Origin: the human T2T-CHM13v2.0 reference genome, Homo sapiens
Reading direction: 5' to 3' (one strand)
NCBI RefSeq assembly: GCF_009914755.1
Contig: NC_060925.1
DNA length: 64,000 nt
The translations under genes and the position numbers were made by a program. The stretch's first letter is position 1; each line of letters starts with the position of its first letter. Below, piece by piece: positions 54,073 to 64,000 of this stretch. The notes under the pieces are model-generated. The model saw only the letters and a program-made list of their open reading frames with translations. It did not search any database and was not told where the DNA came from.

Positions 54073-57000
54073 CTCATCACTCTGCATCCTCTCAGCCTGC
54101 TTTATTGTTCTTTTTCACACTTAATCACTGCCTAGGAGTGGACTCCGTGAGGACAGGGACCTTTCTCCCTCTGTTGCTATATCCTCAGTGCCTAGAACTG
54201 GGCCTGGCACATTAGAGGTGCCCATTATATGCCTGGTAGATGAACGAATGAATTAACTCAACTGTCTCACAGATTCCTTTTGAGGACCGACTGCACATTC
54301 ATCCACAGTGCTCCTGCCCTCCTGGAGCTAAGCAGATGTCAAATGAGAAAGGGTGATGTCCAAGGACTCCAGAAGGTCATGCCTGAGTCTGGAGGTGGCT
54401 TCAAGGTTTTAACTGCGTTCCACTGCATGCAGTCATCGTGCCCTGCCCTGGAGACACCTGTCCCAGGATTCTATGTTAGCTACAGGTGTGAGGTCAGAGC
54501 AGATCCCTTGAGAAGGTGATATTTGAGCCACAGATCTTTAGAAAACACAGACCATAGACTCAGTTCCAAACAGTCTTGAGCTCACAATTTGGTTTGGCCT
54601 TTTGGGTGCTGTGTAAGCCTAGGTGAGTCACTTGACCTCTCTGAACCTTAGCTCGCTCATCTGCAAAGTGAGACCAGGCATCCGAACCTTTGCAGGGTGG
54701 TTGGGACCTAGTAACTGGTGTTGATTATCATAATCATGATTTCTCTTATTTAGATTTTAGACTTGAAGCTCCATCACTGTGGAGCTTGGTCTCTGGCCAT
54801 GGAGGGACCATGAAGTTTTGCCCTTCTCATCATGCATTGTTATAAAGCCAACTAAGGACAGCTCCCCAGTTCCTAGTGCCCAGAGCCCTAAATAACAAGA
54901 TGCCGCTTCTTCACGTAGGGTTCCATGATCTGGCCTTAGCTCTGCCAGTTAGTAGCTGTGTAAGTCTGAACAGCTTAGCCTCTCTGAACCTCTGTTTCCT
55001 TGGAATAGGAATATCCAAGGCTATCTTATAGGGTACAGGTGAGGATAGAAGAGATAATGCAGTTAACAAGCCTCCTACAGCTTCTGCCCATAGCTATGAT
55101 GGAAAAGCACGAGGGTTGATGTTGATTGCTTGCAGTGTGCCGGCCAACAATGGTGACAGCCCCAGGTTTGGGGGCTCAGTGTTCGAGCCCCCAAGGGCAC
55201 TCAGATTCTGCCCAGCAGCAGCCACCACAGGGTCCTGAAAGGAGAAGGTTTGCTCCCAGCCGCTCTGCTGGCTTAGAACAGGCAGTGGGTGGTAGGGAGG
55301 CCAAGAGAGTGATGGAGACATTCCCGGGCGTTGCTTCAGCTTCACTGTCAACCATGGAACAGTTATAGATGGTTTTGTCCTCTTGGAGATGTCCATCCCA
55401 TTAGCATCCACACACGGCCCTAATGGGCTTCAGAAGGCCAATGCCAACAGTCTTGTCTTCACTCCGCAGAGGAGGCCCCAGCCAGATGGATGGAGCGGGG
55501 CTCAGAGCTGCTCAGACATCTGCAATGTAGCCCCAGGGAACTCAAAAGGCCCCAGGCCTAGGGCTGGACCCTAAGCGCAGCCAAACCCAGTGACTTGGCT
55601 CAATAACAGGCAGGAAGAGCAAGGCACAGTCACTGCTCATAAAACAGCAGCAGCCACGGGGTGGATGACTGACTGGGAACCAGGTGCCGAAGGTGAAGTT
55701 TCTCCTTTCATCCTCACCATCCTATGGACTTGGTGTGATGATCTCTACTTCGCAAATGAGGCAATTGAGGGTCAGGAGAGTGAAGTGATCATCTGTGGTG
55801 GTCCAGCTAGGGATGGCAGAGGTGGTGGGGTGGGGGGCTGGGGACACGAAGGGACCAGGACTTGAGTTCCGTTGGTCTGAGCCCCAGATGCATGCTGTCC
55901 CCGATTCCCCACGCAGCGTCTGCGAATCCATCCCCACTGAACCAGGACTGTCCGGCTGCATCTCATTTCATCAGCTGCTGTGGACTGGAACCCCTCATGC
56001 AGCCCTGAGCCCATGTGTTCCTTTAAAAGGTGGAGACACTGAAGCCCGGAGCAGGGAAGGGTCTTGCCCGCATCACACAGTGATTTAATTGTAGGAGCCG
56101 ATCAGTTCCTAGGTCTCACCACCTTATCTGCATCCGTGGGATCCACAGACCACTGACTGGCATCCCAGGAGCCACGGTGAGCCCACTGTCTGTGTGTTTT
56201 AGTTAATTTTCTCACCTTTAGGTAGAGCATGCATTCCTCGCTTCACCCCAGTCCCCACCCTTCCCTATCGCCTTCACCTGGGCTGATGCGCTCATTTGCT
56301 TCGCTGGCCTGATACTGTCTGCATTTGCCTCTCTGCCTGGGCTCTCCTTACAGGGGACTTGGATGGGATTTGATTTGAGTGCTTTTCTCTCTTTCTTTTG
56401 TCATCTCTTTCAAGGCCGCGAGTCCCATCTCCCATTTTACATCTTTTTTTTCAGCCCTCTTTCCTATATCAAAACTTCCCCATTCAAAGCTTCACCTCCT
56501 CAGGTCTTCAGACTCAGTAAAGGAAAGGAGATATCAGTGGGCAGCCACTCAGTCTTCTTGGCTCACGGAGGCTGGGATCACCCCTGTCACCCCTGACCCT
56601 GTGCTGGGCCCTGCCCTGAGAGAAGCTCACATGTCCCCAGCTGCAATGGATCTGATGCTGAGAATGATTCTCATCCCAGGCAAGGAGGCCCAGGGCAGGG
56701 CTGGGTGAGGAGGCCCTGCCCTGGGAGAGCAGTGGCTTCTGGGTTAGAACTCACTTGAAGGATGTGGGGAGGGGTGGGGGTGGGGTGGATTCCAGGCAGA
56801 GAACACAAGAGCTAAACTATTTAGGCTCAGAGAAAATGGAGTTGCTTTGTGTAACCAAATTCGTCCTCTCCTTTCCCCTCCCTTTCCCTCTTTCCCTCCC
56901 TTCCTTTCTCTTCCTCCCTTCATTTTCCTTTCACTTCCCTTTCACTTCCCTAGAGGAGGGGTTCCTTGGAGACCCTTGCAACTGGCTGGAATCTGGAAAA

Positions 57001-58971
57001 ATCCTGGAGGACTGTCTGGAGGAAGTGTGAATCCAGGGAGGGCAGACTGTGAAGTGCAGGAGGGGAGCAGGGGCTAGGCAAATGGGGGGCTCACTTATGC
57101 CTCCTGCAGGTCCCAGCTGAGGCTGATATAGTCAAGAGGCCAGCGCTACTAGATTCACACTTCCTCCAGGCAGCCTTCCAGGATTTTTGTAGATTCTAGC
57201 CAGTCACAAGGGTCTCCAGGGAGCCTCTGCTTCCTGGGCCCCATGGCACTGTGCATGCACTTGGATTTTGTCACTTGCCTTTGTCATTTGCACCCGCCTC
57301 CCCAGCTGTGACCCCTTGAAGGCAAGGCTGTCCTGTTACACCTGGCACCCAGCACGGGATGGGACATAGAGAGAGCCTCGCCCCTGCATGGAAGCTGTCC
57401 CATGAGTCCTCTGAGTTTTGGCCCTGGCTCTGCTGGTGCCATGTGACTTCCTTGCTGAGCCTCTGCTCCTGCATCTGTAAAATGGGGATAAGGATACCTA
57501 CTTTGTAGGGTTGCTATAGGAATAACCATCCAGCCCTTGTGTACCATGAGCTTGGCACCTCTGAGGCAGTCAACCAACTGGCTTGAGAGCAGTCAGAAAA
57601 AGGGGTCCCACCCAGGCTGGCTCTCCAGCCCCCTCCAGGGGCAATTCTGCTGAGCTCACGAAGGGGAAGAATGCACAGCATGCAGGGCCCCGGGTGCCCA
57701 AAAAGCTGGGGTGCCTAACAGAGGGACTCAGCCCCTCAACCAAGTCATAGGACATAGAGACCATCTTGGCAAGCCTGAAATCAAGAAAGACAGCCAGGCT
57801 TGGGGAACTGGTGATGAACTGCTGGTGCAGTGTTGAGGGGAGCCGGGAAGGGCTGGAAGAGGGCAAGCCAGCACCCCACTCTGTTGAAGGCCAGACAAAG
57901 GCTGGGCCTTCCAGGAGGCCTGGGCGCTGACCTGGGGTGCGCCATGCTCCCATCCCTGCGGGATCAAGAACGGGAAGCTAAGAAGTGTGGTCGGTCAGGA
58001 GGCTGAGAGCCTAATTGATTAAAGTTGTACATGTTTTGATGGGCCCGGATGCGGTGCTGGCGAAAGGTGAAGTATTAATACATATAATATATAATTATGA
58101 TGTGCCACCGGCCTGGCAGCCTGTGTAAATAGTTACCCAGCTGGTAGCTAATCCCGGTAAGTGGGCCAGGGCACCTCTCACACGCGACAGGCTGGCTTCT
58201 ATCCTGCGGGGAGGGCCTGGGCTTCACCTGGACTTGTGTAGCCCTAGAGGAACATTCTGATAGAGTGGGTGGGCATCCAGGGCTGGGGCTGGCACTTCCA
58301 GGGGTTGGAGTGTCTGGGCTGGCATGGAATTCTCCACTATTAAGGAGGTGGTCATCAGGGAAGGAAGGAAACCAGGCTGGACCGGGCACTCCTCACTGGC
58401 TAAGCCCTGTGCCCACTGGGCACTCCTCGCTGGCCAAGCTCCGTGCCCACAACCTCACACTTCATGCCCACTCTGCGTCTCCTCCTCTTCTCTCTGCAGA
58501 TGGAGAAAATCAGAGAGGCTTAAGGAAGCACAGCAAGTAGGCGACAGGGCTGGGATTCAAATGCAGTCCCCTGGCTCTAAGCCCGAGTGCTGTTTCTTCC
58601 AGAAAGCAACAACAAAGCCACTGTCCCCGTCCCCAGCCCCAACCAAGTTCACTCTTGCTGAGCCCCCAAAAGGATTCCCATTGATCCCCTGTACTGAGGA
58701 TACAGAGAGAGGTCTGTGGCATTCTGGGTCTCTCCTCTTAATTTAGCTCAAATGTTGAGAAACCAGAGAAAGTTAAGGGAAGATTCCAAACAAGTTGAGC
58801 TGCCACTAACAGCCAGCTCTGAGGCTTTTGTCTCTGAGTGTTTACAGCCCAGGAAGTCTGGCATCCACTGCAGGTGACCGGGCAGGGTGCAGGTGTGAGG
58901 CTGGAAGTGAGAGCGGACAGTGGGACTGAAATCCGGACTCAGCAGTTCCCGTCAAAAAGACATTCAGACTC

Positions 58972-59250
<279 letters not shown>

Positions 59251-59884
59251 AGACATTCAGACTCAAAATAACTTTCTACAACCCTCACTGCTGCTGTGTT
59301 GCTCAGTCCAGGGCCCCAGACTCCCTGGTGCCTCGTGGAATTTCAGAGGGGCAGTGGGGCTTCTAGCTCTTTCTTTGGAGGGCTAACTCTGCCTCGCTGT
59401 CTGTCCCCTGGCCATGGTGGCTCACCTGCCTGGTGGGTACCCCAGGACCTCACCCTGTGAGCCACTCTGGGGGCAGCTCCAGGAGCTCAGGTTTACTGCT
59501 CCCCGCCAATCCCCTCAAGGTCTCGGTCATAGCCACACCATGGCCCTGTGCGTGTGTCTGTCTATAAGTGAGTAGTTTTCTCCCCTGCCTCCACGCTGCA
59601 GCCCACAAGCTAGGGACTCCCAAGGCAGGGGGTTCATTCATCTCTGTGGTCACCATCGTCCTGTTCTCAACGTGTCCGCTCTGACTTTCTGCCTCCCAGC
59701 CCGGTCTGGTACACACGTTAAGCAAGACTGCAACCTGCAAGTCCAGCCCGTCTTCCTCCCAGCTGCAGCCACTAATGGGATGCTAAGTGCCTATTTTGCA
59801 GATGAGGAAATTGCAATTAAGAGAGGTTAAATAACTTTCCCAGGGTCACATATTTGGTTCGCCACTCCAACACCATGATGTTTC

Positions 59885-60246
59885 CACTCCATCAGATTGC
59901 CTCTTTGCTGGATGAGTCTTGGAGGGGAGGGGTGTTTCCTCCATCTGACTCAGGGCTCCCATAGGGTCTCCTCCATCAGAGTAAGCATTTGCTCAGAGCA
60001 GGAACTCTGTCTCTCCCACTAGACTGCGAGCTTCCTGAGGGCAGAAGCTGTACACCTCCCGTCAGCCAGACCCTCGAAAGGTAGAACGTGCATCTCCTCC
60101 ATTACACTAGGAATATCCTAGTATAGGGTCCCTGGGGACACTATGAAGGTCATATCTCCCCCATCAAACTGGGATCTTTCCCTAAGGGCAAGCTCAGTGG
60201 CGCCCCCATCAGACTGGGAGCTCCCTGAGGGCAGGGACTGAGTCTG
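59885..60246 (+). repeat. Degenerate tandem array of the same ~43-nt L2-3'-like unit
   Basis: Best unit ccatcagactgggagctccctgagggcagggactgagtct at about 60206-60245. Anchors near 59891, 59943, 59975, 60018, 60061, 60101, 60163 and 60208. Confidence 0.7.
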
Positions 60247-61486
60247 AAGTCCTTCAGGATCTCACACACCTGCCCTGTCATTCCATCCCCCGCCTTAGGA
60301 CCCCCTGCCATGGCACCCCTGATGGTGTTCACATCCTGCACAGGACTCACCCTCAGCCGGAGCAGAAGCTGCCAACAGGCCACTAAACCACAGTGCACCC
60401 TCGGCATTAATTAGTGTTGCTGCTGTTAAGTGTTTCTTCCCATTTATGCAAATCAGCGAGGTAAGAGGCATATAATGAAGTGTTTGTGGTTTAATACTGT
60501 GCGGTAGGAACGAAGAGGAATTTTAATTACTGACTCCTAATTGGATGGACGCCTTGTTAATATCCTCCTGACAGGACATCTGAGTCACTTCTGCCCACCC
60601 ACCCAGGCCCGGGTGTCTGCTGCCCACTCCTGACCAGGGCAGCGTCGGGGAACAGTGCCTCCAGAAGCCATCCTTGCTGCCCTTGCCCAGGGGTCATTCC
60701 TGGCATCCCTCTGCCCTTGACTTTGGAGCTCCTGTGTCTTTCAATCTCTTTTCTTCTCTCTCAATCTCTCTGCCTTCAGAAGGCCCTGGGCTTGTGTTCA
60801 AATCCCCATTCTGCCACTTACTGTGTGACCCTGGACAAGTCACTTCCCATCTCTGAGCCATGTTCTTCAGGCTAAGTACTGGATATGGGTGATAGGCATT
60901 GAGAAATCAGGGAGGTTATGTAGTTAGAAGGTTATGCACCCTTTCAGAGAAGGGTGGGAAGGTCCTGCCCAGGCATAGAATCTGGAGGAGAAAAGAATGT
61001 AGGGTGTGTGGGAGAGTCTGGAGATGGGCGTTACCCCCAGAGGTAGGAGGTGCTGAGGGCGATTCCCTCCCACTCATCCTTCGGGGCTCTGCTAGGGTGG
61101 CACCTCCTCCCAGACCCTCCCAGGTTCCCTGGTGCCTGTGTTGAGAGTCTCTGCCTTGGGTTTGGTCGCCTCTCTGCCCATCCCCTGACCATCACATCGT
61201 GCTGTCACTGTACCCATTAGACTATGAGTTCCTCCAGCTGTTCTGTTCTATTGACCCACTAGCCTGGTGTCCAGCACAGCTCCGGAACCTGAGAAAAATG
61301 TGCTCAATGAAAGATGATCAGTAGGCTGGACTTGTCTGCTGAAGATGCTCCAAGTCAGGGTGCAGTTTGGATTCTAGAGAAAGCAGGCAATAGGGAGCCA
61401 TGGAGGACTCCGAACAGGGGGCCGAAGAAATGTTAGAATCAATGGGCCCTTCACAGCTCCCTCTGCCTTCTCTCGGATTCACCTGC

Positions 61487-62124
61487 TGATATAGTTTGGC
61501 TGTGTCCCCACCCAAATCTCATCTTGAATTGTAGCTCCCATAATTCCCATGTGTTGTGGAAGGGACTGGTGGTTCCCCCATACTGTTCTCGTGGTAGTGA
61601 GTAAGTCTCACGAGATCTGATGGTTTTATAAGGAGAAAACTCTTTTGCTTGGTTCTTGTTCTCTCTCTTGCCTGCTGCCATGTAAGATGTGCCTCTTGCC
61701 ATGATTGTGAGGCCTCCCCAGCCGTGTGGAACTGTAAACCCATTAAACCTCTTTTTCTTTATAAATCACCCAGTCTCGGGTATGTCTTTTTTTTTTTTTT
61801 TTGAGAGAGAGTCTCGCTCTGTCACCCAGGCTGGAGTGCAGTGGTGTGATCTCGGCTCACTGCAACCTCCACCTCCCAGGTTCAAGCCATTCTCTGCCTC
61901 AGCCTCCTGAGTAGCTGGGATTACAGGTGCCCAGCACCACGCCCGGCTAATTTTTTGAATTTTTGGTAGAGATTGGATTTCATCACATTGGGCAGGCTGG
62001 TCTTGAACTCCTGACCTTGTGATCCATCCACCTTGGCCTCCCAAAGTGCTGGGATTACAGGCGTGAGCCACCTTGCCTGGCCCTGGGTATGTCTTTATTA
62101 GCAACGTGAGAACAGACTAGTACA
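61487..62124 (+). mobile_element. THE1C-like LTR with internal deletion, interrupted by AluS
   Basis: tgatatagtttggctgtgtcccc..ttcccccatactgttctcgtggtagtg..agactagtaca. Confidence 0.9.
61787..62082 (-). mobile_element. AluS (Sg-like)
   Basis: gcaacctcc, gctggtcttgaactcctgaccttgtgatcc. TSD tcgggtatgtc / ctgggtatgtc. Confidence 0.92.
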
Positions 62125-64000
62125 GCTTCCCAATGAACATCCAAATCTTGACGTGGTCCAGGTCCTCAGAGGACAAATTCAGAAGCATTTCTGGATCCCC
62201 TAGGATGGGCAGAGTGGTGATCTTTGGGCAGGGCCAGGCTAGGGGGAGAGAAGGAAGGAAAAACAGTCACTTCTCACCGAACTAGTTTAAGAAGAGTTAT
62301 AACCAGATAGAAAAGCCTCACTGGTCTCACTCTGCTGGAGTTAGAGCCTAGCTCTGGGACTTAACCAGCTTTGGGGTCCTTCTGAGCCTTCCTATACTTA
62401 TCCATAAAACGGGCTAAACCTACTTTATCAGATGTGTTCAGAGAATACATGACATAAAGCACTTCAAGCGCTCACAGCATTATGCCCTCATGCAGTAGGT
62501 GTTCAACAAAAGGCAGATGTTATTATAGTTAGATTTCCTATAATGGCAGGCGGTGAGCTCTCCTGGGTGTGGCTTCCTGGTGACAAGCCCAGGTGTCTGA
62601 CTTAAGGCACACTTGGCTCTGCACTTTCTAGCTGGGCGAACTTGTGTGTTTTCTGGTTTAAGTCATAATTTCTTTTCTGGTAACATGAGGATCGTACAGT
62701 ACTTCCTCACAGGGTCTGGGGAAGGACCGGGCACTCAGAGCGTGCTCATTCGGTGTGACGATGGCTGCTCCTGTCATAGTCATTATAACCCACTGATGGG
62801 GGGAACTAAACCAGCAGCTTCCCCATTCTGAACTTCAGCTTCCTTGTTCTATCTGGGAATCACAGTCCCTGCACCCGCAGCCACCCAGAATCACTGCAGT
62901 CAGCAGATCCTATTGCTGACAAGCCTTCCTAAACTGTAGAGTGCTGGACCAATGTGGGCTCTGACGGTTAGGACCACAGAGGGTATGGAGGGTGGTGGTG
63001 GCCGTTCCTGGAGGCTGACTTGGCCTGCTCGAGATGGGAGGTGACTGTGATCCATGTACCCCCTGCATCCTGGAAGACACTGGGAAGTCATTATGGGTGC
63101 AGGGGACCAACTGTAGAGCTTTAGGCCTCTGTTCCTGCTGGGGCCTGGCCAGGGAATCTCTTGGGCCAGAGTTTGGCCTCCTTGGCCTGCACTTGAGATC
63201 AGCAAACTCCTGAATCTCAGGGGTCCAGGTAAGGAAAGAAAACCCCGTGACTCGGCCCTCTCCCGTTTTAGCACGGCCAGCCTCAGCCTCCTTTCTCCAC
63301 AGAGTCCCTACGGGGCCCTCCCAACCTCCACTGGCATGAACGAGAAGGGAAAGCCAGCATTCACACAATGCCTGCTGTATAGAGCAGGTGCTTCTCTAGG
63401 CACTATTACCATCCCCATGCCGCAGAGGAGCAAGCAGAGGTGGCTTGCGGGGATGGTGCTGTGAATGACCCTTGGAGATAGGTCACCAGCCCAGGCCTGC
63501 CTGATTCCAACATCGTGCCCTGTATTCTGAGCCTGCAAATGCCAGCTTGAGTCCCAGAACTCTACCCAGGCCACCAAAAGCCTTATTTACCTTCCCCCCG
63601 GCCCACTTTCCTGGGCTTATCAGGCAGAGGCCGAAGCAGCTGCTCACATTGCAAGCGCCCATTCCAAGTATCCCACCGGTGACAGGAGAACAAACAAGCC
63701 TGAACCCTCAGCAATCCCCTGGCTGAGAGGCCTGCCAGAGTTTTCAAAGGCGAGGAAAACTATGAAACGGGGTTAAACAAACACATGTTTGAAAGGAAAA
63801 CAGATGCCAGACAGATGTGCTCCCAACTTACACTGATACAGTCTCGCGTGGCGGTGGGAGGAGGCCAAATATTTATGAAGCATTTACTGCAAAAGGCAAA
63901 GCGGTGGAGCAAAGGCACAGAGGCTTGAAATCAAGCAGATGAAGCAGACCTGGGTTGGAATTCCAGATCCCCTTGGAGGGCTGTGTGACCTTGGGCAGGG

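Overview
Primate (human-type) genomic DNA: AluJ/S/Y, L1PA, THE1/MST/MLT LTRs, MIR, L2 and MER elements. It holds about 10 kb of upstream region, the CpG-island promoter and first coding exon of IGSF21 (+ strand; ATG 10249, donor after 10318, signal peptide [24 protein letters not shown]), then about 53.7 kb of intron 1. No exon 2 was found in the window. I found no other protein-coding gene and no new multi-gene system; other ORFs are GC-rich, microsatellite or repeat artefacts, or L1 ORF2 remnants. The most interesting signals are regulatory or structural: (i) UG-repeat-flanked latent splice sites (candidate TDP-43-repressed cryptic exons); (ii) two out-of-frame upstream AUGs in the likely 5'UTR; (iii) a (TGACCTA)n repeat that builds perfect nuclear-receptor DR1/ER6 elements; (iv) a minisatellite with seven CACGTG E-boxes; (v) a CTCF site with its upstream module; (vi) two fold-back inverted duplications beside polypyrimidine tracts; (vii) two apparently independent Alu insertions at the same position of two THE1 LTRs; (viii) several local direct duplications. 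Repeat subfamily names come from recalled consensus features and boundaries are approximate. Many more MIR/L2 fragments are present than are listed.
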